64,000 nucleotides of DNA. Origin: an uncultured Thermoplasmata archaeon. GTDB taxonomy: Archaea; Thermoplasmatota; Thermoplasmata; Lutacidiplasmatales; UBA184. How positions within the stretch are numbered: the stretch's first letter is position 1; the number at the start of each line of letters is the position of its first letter. The stretch lies in contig CAVPSE010000005.1 of NCBI GenBank assembly GCA_963708255.1, positions 182,347 to 246,346 on the forward strand. The letters run 5' to 3'. Below are positions 27,892 to 37,784 of the stretch, piece after piece. The notes below the pieces were generated by a model. It was not told the DNA's origin. It saw only the letters and a program-made list of their open reading frames with translations, and did not search any database. Made by a program: the position numbers and the translations under genes.

Positions 27892-30775
27892 TCAGTTCTC
27901 GTTCTGGAACTTAGCGGTCCCTGCCGATCCGCCCTGGGCATTCGTCCCGAACACGCCGACGCTGCCCTTGGAGCCAGTGCCGCCGTTCGTCCCGCTGGCG
28001 GCCCGGTGGGAGCCCGCCCCGTCCGTCCCGCCGAGCCCTCCGCTACCGGCGCTGCCGCCGGAGCCCAGGGCACCGCCGATACCGGGACAGGCCGTGCCCG
28101 CGGCGCAGTTGTTGACGCCACCGTTCCCACCGACGATGCTGTTCGCCCCGAAGGTGAGCCCGGAGACCGAGGTGTGGGACCCGTTGAAGATCGCGCCCCC
28201 TTCGCCCGCCCCGCCGTTCCCTCCGGCGCCCGACCCTCCGCCCGTGCCCCCGGTGCCGCCGGTGCCGCCGGAACCTCCGTTGCCACCGACGGCGCCGGAT
28301 CCTACCGTGGTGCCGGATCCCCCGTTCCCGCCGTTGCCGCCGGTGCCTCCGGTCCCGCCGCTGCCGCCGGTGCCAGCGTTGCCGCCGGCCCCCCCGGACG
28401 CGCCGGCACCGCCGACCGCGGAGTTGTACGTGAAGACGTCGGTGGTGAGGGTGAGCGTTCCGGAGCTGAACCAGGCTCCGCCCTCCGCGGTGCCGCCGAC
28501 GCCGCCGGTCCCGCCGAGGCCGCCGGTGCCACCGTTCGAGGTGTTTCCGCCGAAGCTGCCGGAACCACCGGCCCCGACCGGAGCCTCCCTTCCCTCCGGA
28601 GACCCCGCTGCCCCCCGAGCCGCCCGATGTGCCCGGCGCCCGGACCCGCCGGTGCCGCCCGAGCCGCCACCCCCGCCGTACCCGCCCGTGCTGCCGGCCC
28701 CGCCGGTGGCGATACCGAATTGGAAGGTGGAGGCGCGCGAAGAGGCCGTTCCGCTCGCGTAAACGCCTCCGCCCATCCCGCCCCCTCCGGCGCCCGCAGG
28801 TCCGCCGGCCCCGCCGTTACCGCCCAGGCCGCCCGGCGCCCCGGCCGACGTGGGCTGGCCGCCTGCGCCGCCGGCTCCGCCGTTCTCGGCCGGAGAGTTC
28901 GAGCCACCCGAGCCACCGGACCCTCCGAAACCGCCCTGGCCCGCCGCACCGCCCGTCGACCCGAAGATGCCCGAGCCGCCCGGACCTCCGTACCCCCCCG
29001 TGCCTCCGGTCGCCGTGGCCTCGTAGATCAGTGTGTTGTTGAGCCACAGGTGGACGCCACTCGAGTAGACCGCGCCTCCGGTACCCGCCCCGCCGATGCC
29101 GCCACCGCCCCCCGCGCCCGCGGTCCCGGGAGAGCCGGGCTGAGCGGCAGCCCCGCCCGATGCGCCGCTCGCGCCGGCACCCCCGGTCCCACCCGTCCCC
29201 GTCGTGCTGGGAGCACCGTTGCCGCCCGCGCCGCCGCGACCGCCGGTGTCACCGATGCCGCCGTTCCCGCCGGCGCCGCCCTGTTCGCCGCTGCCGCCGC
29301 TGCCGCCGCTACCACCATACACGTGGTTGTACTCGATCGTGCTGTTGAAGATCGTCACCGTTCCGGGTACCTGTAGATCGCACCGCCTCGGCCGGCGCCG
29401 GCCGCGCCGCCCTTGCCACCAGCGCCGCCGGCCCCGCCGGTCGCGCCGTTGGAACCCGCGGAGGCCGCCCCGCCGGCTCCGCCGCTGCCGCCGTTCCCGC
29501 CCGAGCTCGACGGAGTTCCACCGTTCCCGCCACTACCGGCGAGAGCCGCTCCCCGCGCCGCCGCCGCCGCTCCCGCCGAACCAGCCTGTGCCTCCGGACC
29601 CCCCGGTTCCGCCATAGGCGTAGTTACTTTCGAAGAAGGAGCCGGTGACGTTGAGCTTCCCGGTGTTGAACACCGCGCCGCCCTCGCCCACGCCGCCGCC
29701 CCCGGCGACCCCGCCGTTGCCCGCCGCGCCGCCCGCGGCCGACGCGCCGTTCGTGCCGGATGCGCCGCCGGCGCCGCCCCGAGTGCCGGTGGACGGAGTG
29801 CCGCCCATCGCGCCGGAGCCGCCACCTCCGCCGGCCCCGCCCGCCCCACCGGACCCACCGGTGGCGCCCGCTCCCCCCGTGCCGCCGTCGACTTGGTTGG
29901 ACTCGAAGATGGCGTTGGTGAGGACGAGGGTGCCAGCGTTGTAGATGGCACCGCCCTCGGCGGCGCCCCCGGCTCCCCCACTCCCGCCATTGCCGCCGTT
30001 GCCGCCCGTCGCTCCTGCGCCGCCGGCTCCGCCGGCGCCCCCCGCCGAGCTCGATGGGTTGGTGGGGCTCGCGCCGGTGCCTCCGCTCCCGCCGGCACCC
30101 CCGGCCCCGCCGGCCGCCCCGTTGCCCCCGGTCCCGCCGGTGCCACCGACCGCCTGGTTCGAGTAGAAGTTGTCCGAAACGAGGATCACGGTCCCGCTGG
30201 TGATCTGGATGGCGCCGCCCTGGGCTGTGCCTCCGGCCCCGCCGTTGGTACCAGCGCCTCCGGCGCCGCCGGGCAGTGCCGGTACCGCCCGTGCCTCCGG
30301 CCTGGCCGGTGCCCCCAGTCCCGCTACTGCCCGTCGCCCCATTGGAGCCGGTGCTCCCGGCGGTCCCGGTACCTCCCGTGGTGCCGGCCTTCCCGGCGAC
30401 GTGCCCGCTCTCCAGGGTGATGGAGGTGATATTGAGATGGCCGCCCTTGACGAGGAAGAGCTGGCTGGTCGAGCCGCCGGTGAACGTGATTGAGAAACCG
30501 CCCGACGTGATGTTCACCGTCAGGGTCGAGCCGATGGTGACCGCCGAAGTGAAGGTCATCGTGCAGGCGGCGCCGAACGTGACCGTGCCGCCGAGCGCGA
30601 CGTCGCTCTTGAAGGTGGTAAAGGTGCACGGGGAAATGACCGTCCCGGCCGAGTGCCGGAGAGGTGCCGTGTGGCCGGCCGCGGTCGGCAGGACCGCCAC
30701 GAGCAGGAACACCGTCACGAACGCGATCAGACCCCACAGACCCGGCCGTACCTTGGACACCGACAACTCGAACAC
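27892..30775 (-). CDS. Giant Gly-rich surface protein of about 960 aa with repeated GGA[IVW]-[FY]-N...F-x-x-N motifs (Pmp-like, predicted parallel beta-helix), an N-terminal signal peptide, at least four apparent frame changes inside the repeats
   Basis: Minus-strand fragments 29624..31441 (part), 29533..30342, 29355..30146 and 27892..29358 join in order. Repeats include [79 protein letters not shown] and [26 protein letters not shown]. Signal peptide [29 protein letters not shown] follows a GTG at 30775. The plus-strand Pro-rich ORFs are its antisense. Confidence 0.6.
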
Positions 30776-30810
30776 GAAGACCCCCGGTGGCGCTCGCACC
30801 GAATTTCCGC

Positions 30811-30818
30811 TATAAAGA
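30811..30818 (-). promoter_or_regulatory. Archaeal TATA box (TTTATA on the minus strand) about 35 nt upstream of the giant Gly-rich gene start
   Basis: ccgctataaagatatacg is the only AT-rich patch in this GC-rich stretch. Its spacing to the GTG at 30775 fits a TATA-to-TSS-to-start arrangement with a short leader. Confidence 0.4.
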
Positions 30819-30972
30819 TATACGACATTCCGCGACGGTTCGACGACGCTGATATCGGGCACCGACGTGACCGGGCGTCGCATTCCGCGGGTCCCGTTGC
30901 GCTCAGGACCCCGGGTCGAGAACCGCCTAGCTGTCGGCCACCGGCGGGGTCGATTTCTGGGGTCGGGACGAT

Positions 30973-31441
30973 TCAGCCGGGGGGCGGGCGCCGGCTCGCG
31001 CGGAAGTCCTGCTCGAGGGCCCGCGCCAGGTGGCCCCACATCACCCGGAGCTCTTTTTCGAGGACGGGCTTCGGAGGGTTCCTGACGCCGAGAGCAGTGG
31101 CCCGGCGTTCGCCTCGCATCGTGAACTCGGTACCGACCGTCCGGGAGCTCTCGGAGAGCGTAGTCGAGGACCCAGGTCCGGTAGTTGCCGATCGCCACGG
31201 CATGCCACCGGTCAGGGGGATGCAAGCCTACCGTCTGCCGGCTCCACATCCATCCGTCCGGGGTGTCGTCGAGGTCCTCATAGACAACGGTCCGGGCGGT
31301 GCGACGGAGTATCCTGCGCGTGCCCGTTTCCCCCTCGAGCTCGCGGTCCTTTGGGGTGTAGTCGGTGCACCACTCATACGAGAACGCAAGGGGGGCACGA
31401 AAAACGGTGCGGATCCTGTAGACTCTGACGGGGGACGCCAT
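30973..31441 (-). CDS. Small hypothetical protein (possible START/SRPBCC-like fold), with a frame change near 31100
   Basis: N-terminus MASPVRVYRIRTVFRAPLAFSYEWCTDYTPKDRELEGETGTRRILRRTARTVVYEDLDD... in ORF 29624..31441. Plausible C-terminus ...NPPKPVLEKELRVMWGHLARALEQDF in ORF 30973..31203. Confidence 0.35.
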
Positions 31442-31798
31442 GACCGGAGGTCTCCAGGTGCGTCCAGTCTCGAACGAGGCAAATACCTTGAGGGGCCGAT
31501 CGACGGGGGCGTGCTCCTCGGCGACGCGTCCGAGCCATGAAACGGTTGGGTGCGGGATGATGGACCTGAACCGCCGGGTGGGTCGAGTATCGTCGAACTC
31601 GCCAAGGCCCGACGTGACCTATCGGCTCCCGGACGGTCGAGACTCCATCCCATCGATCCGACAGCTCCCCCTGACTGGGACGGACTCTAGGGACTGGCGA
31701 TCGCTGGGCGGAGCGATCCAGGGCGCGATGAGGGAGCCGAACGCCAGGCACTCAGCGCCCGCTCACAAGGTCAAACGGTGTTTGTGGGTCCGGCACTC

Positions 31799-31991
31799 GT
31801 CGGTGCGCCCGGGGTGGCACAGGATGCGGTAGAGGTTCTGTACGGGCGGAATCTGTCACTGCAGGCTCAGGGCAGAGCCATCGAGAGCAGAGGATCGGAC
31901 GTGTCCGCGAACCACAGGGCCTCGGTCGGGCATGGGCGGATTCGTGCCAGTATTTGGACCCTCTGACCCCGACAAGAAGCGAGTAGAAGAG
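31799..31991 (+). repeat. Conserved noncoding element X, copy 1 (about 190 bp), direct repeat of 53741..53930
   Basis: An alignable block (tcggtgcgcccgg.gtggc.cagga.gcggtagaggttctg...cagggcagagcc.tcga..gcagaggatcggac...ccgcgaaccacagggcctcgg...tatttgga.c.tctg.cc..acaagaagcgagtag). Substitutions are scattered and not biased to third codon positions. No credible ORF. Confidence 0.6.
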
Positions 31992-32310
31992 TCCGGCTCA
32001 CCTGTTCTTGCGGGGCTCCCCCCGTCCCATCCTAGTGGCCTGGGCCGGGGTGGTCCGGCGGGATGTCAGACGACGGCGAGAACGAGATCGTGTCGGTGTC
32101 GCCGGGGCCGGATGCGACAACAGCGAGACCCGACCGGGGTGCTCTAAGAAGGGTGGCACCCGCCCGGAGCGCGAACCCGGACCTGCCACGCCCGATGGCC
32201 GGCGTTCCATCGATTAGGGTCGGGGTAGGGCGAGGGTAGGGCCGGGCACGGGCACGAGTGGGACCTGTTTGTGACCTACCCGTAAATGGAGGCGGGCCGG
32301 TCGGGCGCTG

Positions 32311-33465
32311 ATGACGCGACCCGGAACGCTCGCCCTTGTAACGACCGCCGCGCTGCTCATGCTGATCGTGCCCGTCGCCGCCCAGGCCCAATCGGTGCCG
32401 TCCAACACGCCGGCGGCTCACACCCCCGGGAGTTCCGGGGTAAGCGCGGTGTTCACGATGACCGACAATGCGACCGCCAACTCGGTCCTGGCCTACCGGA
32501 TCGCCTCCGGCGGCTCCCTCGTCGCCTATGGAGCGTTCCCGACCCACGGGGCCGGCCTCGGCGCCAGCCTCGCCGACCAGGGGTCCCTGGCCCTCACCGC
32601 CGATCACCAGTGGTTGCTGGTCGTCGACGCGGGCAGCGACCAGGTGTCGGTGTTCCACGTGAACGCACCGGGTTCCTCCCTTCCGCTGCTCACGTACACG
32701 GACCGTGTCGCCTCCGGCGGAGTCCTCCCCGTCAGCATCACGATCCATGGATCCCTGGTGTACGTCCTGAACGACGGGAACTCGACGACGGCCGGCACCA
32801 TCGCCGGCTTCACCCTGAGCAGCTCCGGCCGCTTGGCGGCCCTCGTCGGCTCGTCACTCCCGCTGAGCACCCCCACCCCGACCGGATCGGCCCAGATCTC
32901 GTTCAACCCCGCCGGCACGGTCCTCGCGGTGACCGAGAAGGCCACCAGCGTCATCGACACCTACACGGTGGCGACGACGGGGCTCGCCTCAGGTCCGACC
33001 AGCACAGCCTCGAACGGGAGCACGCCGTACGGCTTCGCGTTCTCGCCGAACGGCAACCTTGTCGTCAGTGATGCCGGCCCGGGCGCCCTCTCCAGCTACA
33101 GCATCTCATCGACGGGCGCCCTGACGGTCGTCAGCGGGACTGTGTTGGACAACCAGTCGGCACCGTGCTGGGTCTCGTTCGCCGAGGGCGGGCGGTACGC
33201 GTACACCACCAACGCCCACAGCAACTCGATCTCGACCTACCAGGTCGCGCGGAACGGGAGCCTGGTGCTCCAGGCGTCCGTCGGCGCCACCACGGGTGCG
33301 GCCCCCACAGATGTCGCTGTGACCACCGGAAGCCAGTACTTCCTCAGCTACGATGCCGGTGCCGGGGAGATCGATGTGTTCTCCCTCGGGACCTCCGGCT
33401 CGCTGACCGAGGTCGCCAGCGTCTATGGCCTGCCGGCCACGGCGGAGGGGCTGGTCGCGTTCTGA
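32311..33465 (+). CDS. Secreted 7-bladed beta-propeller lactonase-family protein (6-phosphogluconolactonase / 3-carboxymuconate cyclase-like)
   Basis: Signal peptide MTRPGTLALVTTAALLMLIVPVAAQA. Repeated blade pattern (SV.HVN..GS, V.V.NDG, VSDAGPGALSSYSIS, TNAHSNSISTYQV, YDAGAGEIDVFSL). Confidence 0.7.
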   Translation: MTRPGTLALVTTAALLMLIVPVAAQAQSVPSNTPAAHTPGSSGVSAVFTMTDNATANSVLAYRIASGGSLVAYGAFPTHGAGLGASLADQGSLALTADHQWLLVVDAGSDQVSVFHVNAPGSSLPLLTYTDRVASGGVLPVSITIHGSLVYVLNDGNSTTAGTIAGFTLSSSGRLAALVGSSLPLSTPTPTGSAQISFNPAGTVLAVTEKATSVIDTYTVATTGLASGPTSTASNGSTPYGFAFSPNGNLVVSDAGPGALSSYSISSTGALTVVSGTVLDNQSAPCWVSFAEGGRYAYTTNAHSNSISTYQVARNGSLVLQASVGATTGAAPTDVAVTTGSQYFLSYDAGAGEIDVFSLGTSGSLTEVASVYGLPATAEGLVAF

Positions 33466-33525
33466 GCGGTGGATGCGCCGGGGGGTGCCCGTGATAAGGG
33501 GCACCTCCCTCGGAAACAGGCCGTG

Positions 33526-33879
33526 ATGAACCCCGCGTTCCGCTCACTGATGTGGTACCTCCTGATCGGGACCCGTGGGGGACCGAACCGTTGGAGGCTG
33601 CTCGAGGAACTGCACCGGTCCCCGGCCAACGCCCACCAGTTGGCCTCGTCGCTCGGCCTCGATTATCGGACCGTCCGGCACCACCTGAGGCTCCTGGAGC
33701 AGAACGGCGTGGTGGCCCGGACCGTCCCCGGGGCGTACGCCCCGCCGTACGAGCTCTCTCCCTACCTGGCGGAGCACTTCGAGCTCGTCCGGGACACCGT
33801 TCGGACCCCTCCGACGCCCCGGGGCCGCCGGGTGCGCTTCCCGGCCGCGGATCGGCGCGGACCGGAGGCGGCACTATGA
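33526..33879 (+). CDS. ArsR-like winged-helix transcriptional regulator
   Basis: MNPAFRSLMWYLLIGTRGGPNRWRLLEELHRSPANAHQLASSLGLDYRTVRHHLRLLEQNGVVARTVPG. Stop-start overlap (TATGA) with the next gene. Confidence 0.55.
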   Translation: MNPAFRSLMWYLLIGTRGGPNRWRLLEELHRSPANAHQLASSLGLDYRTVRHHLRLLEQNGVVARTVPGAYAPPYELSPYLAEHFELVRDTVRTPPTPRGRRVRFPAADRRGPEAAL

Positions 33880-34163
33880 CGAGCGCCCTGATGGAGGCCA
33901 GTATCGTCCTAGGGATCGTCAGCATCGGCCTGGCAGCGGGGCTGTTCGCGCTCTACCGTCGGCTCTACGCCCAGACCCGCAGCCACTTCGGGCTAGCCCT
34001 TCTGGTCTTCGCCGGGGCCTTCGTCGCTCAGAGCGCCCTCACAGTGTTCTCCGACCTGTCGGCGATGCCGCTCATCCCGGATTCGTTCGTCCCGTTCCTC
34101 TTCGGTATCGGGCTGTGCGAGGCCACCGGCCTCGCCGCGATGGTCTGGACCGCCTCGCGATGA
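33876..34163 (+). CDS. Small membrane protein (2-3 TM helices), co-transcribed with the ArsR-like regulator
   Basis: MTSALMEASIVLGIVSIGLAAGLFALYRRL...LLVFAGAFVAQSALTVF...FLFGIGLCEATGLAAMVW. Confidence 0.45.
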   Translation: MTSALMEASIVLGIVSIGLAAGLFALYRRLYAQTRSHFGLALLVFAGAFVAQSALTVFSDLSAMPLIPDSFVPFLFGIGLCEATGLAAMVWTASR

Positions 34164-34372
34164 ACCGGCGAGGTCGGTCCCTTCGCGCGGCGGGCCGCCA
34201 TCCTCGTTCCGGATCACCCACGGCTCCGGCTCTACGTTTCGAGCCCGGGCCGGCGGTGGCCCGGTTCAGCCGACGTCCGTGATGCGAACGCCCGAAAGCT
34301 CGACTCAGCCACGAGGGTGCCGAGCCCGAGTTAGAAGAGTGTCAAGGCAAGAGGCAACCCCCCCTCGGGCGA

Positions 34373-34714
34373 GTGCCACTCGAAGCATCGTGGGGGGTGA
34401 TAAGTGCTTATGAGGGCATAGCTCTGCTAGAGCGTATGGCACTCGCCACATCCGCGCGCCGGGTCGACGTCACCCTCGGCACCACAGAAATTGTGATGGC
34501 GCTGCTCCAGGAAGCCGGGGACCCGGTAAGCCGGAACTGGCTCCTGGAACGGCTGAAAGAGTCTGGTCACACGACCACCCGTGCCCGCCTAAACCGGGCG
34601 TTAGCGTTCTGCCTTGACATGGGCTTGGCGATCGAGGGGTCCAAAGGCATCCAATGGACCCACACGACGAGTCCGAGTCTCCACCGATCCCCTGCGAAGG
34701 GCAAGCGGCTCTGA
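34373..34714 (+). CDS. Small winged-helix-like protein, paralog of 47245..47546
   Basis: ...GDPVSRNWLLERLKESGHTTTRARLNRALAFCLDMGLAIEGSKGIQW aligns with ...DGPVSRNRLLDQLAEWGHSTSRQSLNAAVAFLAADGNVVEGSKGILW. GTG start in the track. Confidence 0.5.
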   Translation: MPLEASWGVISAYEGIALLERMALATSARRVDVTLGTTEIVMALLQEAGDPVSRNWLLERLKESGHTTTRARLNRALAFCLDMGLAIEGSKGIQWTHTTSPSLHRSPAKGKRL

Positions 34715-34772
34715 AGATAGGATCGGTTCGGCACCGGCCGGTACGGTCGAATCGACCGTCGCCCCCGAAAAA

Positions 34773-34954
34773 GTCCGTCCATGTTCAGACCGGGGCCGGC
34801 GTCCGCCCGAGCGGGGCGTGATCCCGGTCCAAGGGCTCGATCCCTCCGGAAGCCGTGCGACCCCGATCCATCTCAGCACGTTGCACCCCCGGTCAAAGCA
34901 GATGAACTGGTTAGATGCGGGGCGAGGGACTTGAACCGTCGGGCGGCTCAAATA
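34773..34954 (-). repeat. att-like repeat A: degenerate copy of the tRNA-Leu 3' end plus trailer (long form, about 180 bp, shares extra upstream homology with repeat G)
   Basis: Minus-strand reading ...GAGCCGCCCGACGGTTCAAGTCCCTCGCCCCGCATCTAACCAGTTCATCTGCTTTG... versus the tRNA ...GGGTTCAAATCCCTCTCCCCGCATCGAACCCATTCATCTAGG. No complementary 5' acceptor strand upstream. Confidence 0.6.
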
Positions 34955-35356
34955 CTGTAGAAAACGCGTTTTGCTGTCCGTCTTCCCGTCCCCACGAAGC
35001 ACCCTCTTCCGAGCTACGGCTCGGATCGCCATTCAGCTACTCCCTCTCGGGGTTCCGATCGCTGAAGCCGCCCGGCCCGATTGGCCCCCGGAGACACCCC
35101 TTCTCGTAGGGATCAACTTGCCCAACGGCAGGCGGAGCCCTACGAGGGTGGGCTCACCCCCCGCAGAAACTCAGGCGCGACCCGCGGGCCTCCCGTCCGC
35201 CCACCCCAAGGTCTACCTGGCACCCCGGACAGCCTTCGGCCCGCTCCCAAAAGGATCCAGCTCCGCCGTGGTCGACCTCGTTGGGGTCGCCATGTCACTT
35301 ACTTGGCACTAACAATTAGGGTTAGGTTTAAATCACTCGCCCAAGTGGACTCCACT

Positions 35357-35788
35357 ATGGAAACCCTCCAGAAGCTGACCCGTCGACAGCTGGAAGCCCT
35401 CCGAGCGGTCGTCGTCAAGGAGACTCCTGAGAAGGGAGTCTCCCTCAAGCTCATCGCCTCCACGATGAAGGTCAGCCCCCCCTCCGCCCTCGCCCATCTC
35501 ACCCCCCTCGAGGAGCTAGGGCTGGTAGAGCGCTATCGGGGGAAGAGTCGCCTCACCGAGCGCGGCCGGGGGACGTGGCTCGAGTACCAGCGTCATCACC
35601 GCGTTGCCGAGACGTTGTTCGGGAACCTGGGCCTAGCTCCGGACGCCAGTTGCTCCGCTGCGCGGGAGATTGACCTTGCGATCTCGCACCGCACCGTGGA
35701 AGACGTCTGCCGGGCTGCCCAGCACCCCGTGACCTGCCCGCACGGCGAGCCCATCCTCCCTTGCCATTCCTCGAACAGAGGAAGCTAG
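35357..35788 (+). CDS. DtxR/MntR-family metal-dependent transcriptional repressor
   Basis: METLQKLTRRQLEALRAVVV... (HTH) plus ...LTERGRGTWLEYQRHHRVAETLFGNLGL...HPVTCPHGEPI, a DtxR-type metal-binding and dimerisation region. Confidence 0.7.
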   Translation: METLQKLTRRQLEALRAVVVKETPEKGVSLKLIASTMKVSPPSALAHLTPLEELGLVERYRGKSRLTERGRGTWLEYQRHHRVAETLFGNLGLAPDASCSAAREIDLAISHRTVEDVCRAAQHPVTCPHGEPILPCHSSNRGS

Positions 35789-35818
35789 CCCGACGGCTCG
35801 ACATAGAGGACTTCGCAA

Positions 35819-36930
35819 ATGCAGAAGTGGACCAAGATCTGGGTCAGCGTAGCGATCGCTCTCGTGCTCGTAGGTGGGGGGGCGTACGCCTTCCTAACCA
35901 GCACGACCCCGACCAACCCGTGCGCCGGGGTCGCGACCGGCTCAACCTCAAGCGGATCCCAGGCCGCAGGAGTCGCCACCGGCCAGCTCGCCACCCCACC
36001 TCCCTCCTCGGTGGCCGCCCAGAAGAAGACGTCGGGCTCGATCCTCAGCCCTGGGGTGCGCACTCCGAGCGGTGGACCCAGAATGGCGACCGGTTCGGGA
36101 GTGATCGAGGTCGTCGCCGCGGAGAACTTCTGGGGAAGCCTCGTGTCCCAGCTCGGTGGGAATGACACCTCCGTCCTGAGCATCGTTTCGGATCCGAACG
36201 CGGACCCCCACGAGTACGAGGCCAACACCTCCGACGCCATCGCGATCACCAATGCCCAGTTCATTATCGTCAATGGGGTGGGGTACGACGATTGGGCCCT
36301 CCAGCTCATCTCGGCCGAAACGACCCCCAACCAGCTCGTCCTGAACGTAGGGGATCTGAACGGGGTCACCGTCGGTGGAGGGGTCGTGAGTGGCAACCCC
36401 CACCAGTGGTACAATCCCCCCTACGTCAACCACACCATCGCCGCGATGTACGCGGATCTCGTGCAGATCGCGCCGTCCGATGCGGCGTACTTCCAGCACA
36501 ACTATGGGGCGCTGAACGCGTCGCTCGCCTCCCTCTACGGAGAGGCCACGAGCATCAAGACGCACTTCGCCGGCACCGTCGTAGCGGCCACCGAGGACAT
36601 CTTCGTGTATCTTGCCAACTTCACGAACCTCGACCTGGTCTCCCCCCGGAGTTCATGGAGGCGGTCGCGGAGGGGAACGATCCGCCGGCCCAGAGCGTCG
36701 TGACGTTCCAGTGTCAGCTGGAGAGCGGGAGCGTCAAGGTGCTGGTGTACAACGAGCAGACCGTGACACCTATCACGATGAGCCTCAAGTCGATCGCGGC
36801 CGAGAACAACGTCACGATCGTGGGGGTTACCGAGACGATCCAGCCTCCCGGCGTGTCGTTCCAGACATGGATGGACGCTCAGTACCTGCAGCTCTACAAC
36901 GCACTGAACGCAGACCAGTTGGGCCAATGA
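35819..36930 (+). CDS. Metal (Zn/Mn/Fe) ABC importer substrate-binding protein, TroA/ZnuA cluster-9 type; frameshift near 36640
   Basis: N-terminal TM/signal MQKWTKIWVSVAIALVLVGG plus a Ser/Thr linker. Core GVIEVVAAENFWGSL...DPHEYEANTSD...NPHQWYNP (TroA-like His/Asp ligands). C-terminus in ORF 36292..36930. Confidence 0.65.
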
Positions 36931-36973
36931 GGGCACGGCATGAGTCCCCAGGGACCTGGGGCACGAGCCCTCG

Positions 36974-37784
36974 ATGGGATGGGTCGCCTTGAGCGGCGAT
37001 CTGGTCATTCAAGCGGATCACCTGGAGGTGGGGTTCCGCGACAAGGTCGTCTGGCGCGACGCCCAGTTCGACGTCCGGCGCGGTGAGTTCGTCGCCGTGA
37101 TCGGCCCGAACGGGGCCGGCAAGACGACGCTGTTCCGGATGCTCCTCGGCCTCCAGCGACCCCTGGCCGGGCTCTCAGGCGTCTTCGGAGGCGTGCCCCG
37201 GCGAGGAAACGACCGGATCGGCTACGTTCCTCAGCGCCACTCCATCGACATCGATACCCACATCGACTGCGAGAGTTTCGTCCGTCTCGGCGTTACCGGG
37301 ACCCGGTGGGGGCCGGGGCTGGCCCGCCGGGAGGAGCGGAAGGCGGCGGCGAGCGCCCTGGAGGCCGTCGGTGCGACCGACCTCGCACCCAAGTGCATCG
37401 GTACCCTTTCCGGCGGGGAGCTCCAGCGGATATTCCTCGCCGAAGCGATGGTGGGGAACCCAGAGATGCTCCTCCTGGACGAACCGCTGTCAAACCTCGA
37501 CATCCGACGGAGCCGTGACCTGGTGGCGCTCGTCTACCGGCTGGTCCGATCCGCGCAACGTGACCACCCTCCTCGTGGCCCACGACATCAACCCCCTGAT
37601 CCAGTGCCTCGACAAGGTGATCTACATCGCCAACGGCCGGGTGGCCACGGGATCACCGGCCACCGTCCTCACTTCGGAGAGCCTGACGGCCCTCTACGGG
37701 GTTCCCGTGGAGGTGCTCCATGACTCTCGGAACAACATCGTGATCGTCGGCGGCGAGGAGAACGTCGGGGGGGAGCACGGATGA
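36974..37784 (+). CDS. Metal ABC importer ATP-binding protein (TroB/ZnuC-like); frameshift near 37540
   Basis: Walker A GPNGAGKTTLFRML; signature LSGGELQRIFLAEA; Walker B LLLDEPLSNLD. C-terminus ...TTLLVAHDINPLIQCLDKVIYIANGRV in ORF 37371..37784. Confidence 0.65.

Noticed and set aside
27875-30500. Plus-strand Pro-rich ORFs (27875..28762, 29204..29617, 29645..29944, 29945..30166 and others) and a possible CRISPR-like periodicity
   Set aside because: They are antisense of the Gly-rich GGAI/FxxN gene (GGN codons read as NCC give Pro). There is no fixed-length repeat-spacer architecture. Periodicity is at the protein-repeat level only.
31778-31966. ORFs over element X (31778..31966 + and 53583..53912 +) as a small conserved protein
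   Set aside because: The differences between the two copies are not concentrated at third codon positions. They produce many radical substitutions (Y/N, R/W, V/D). The frames are open only because of GC richness.
31799-31991. Element X as SRP (7S) RNA
   Set aside because: No helix-8 type CCGGAAGG...AGCAG symmetric-loop motif is present, and there is no GGGG-start/terminal pairing. There are two copies, whereas SRP RNA is normally single.
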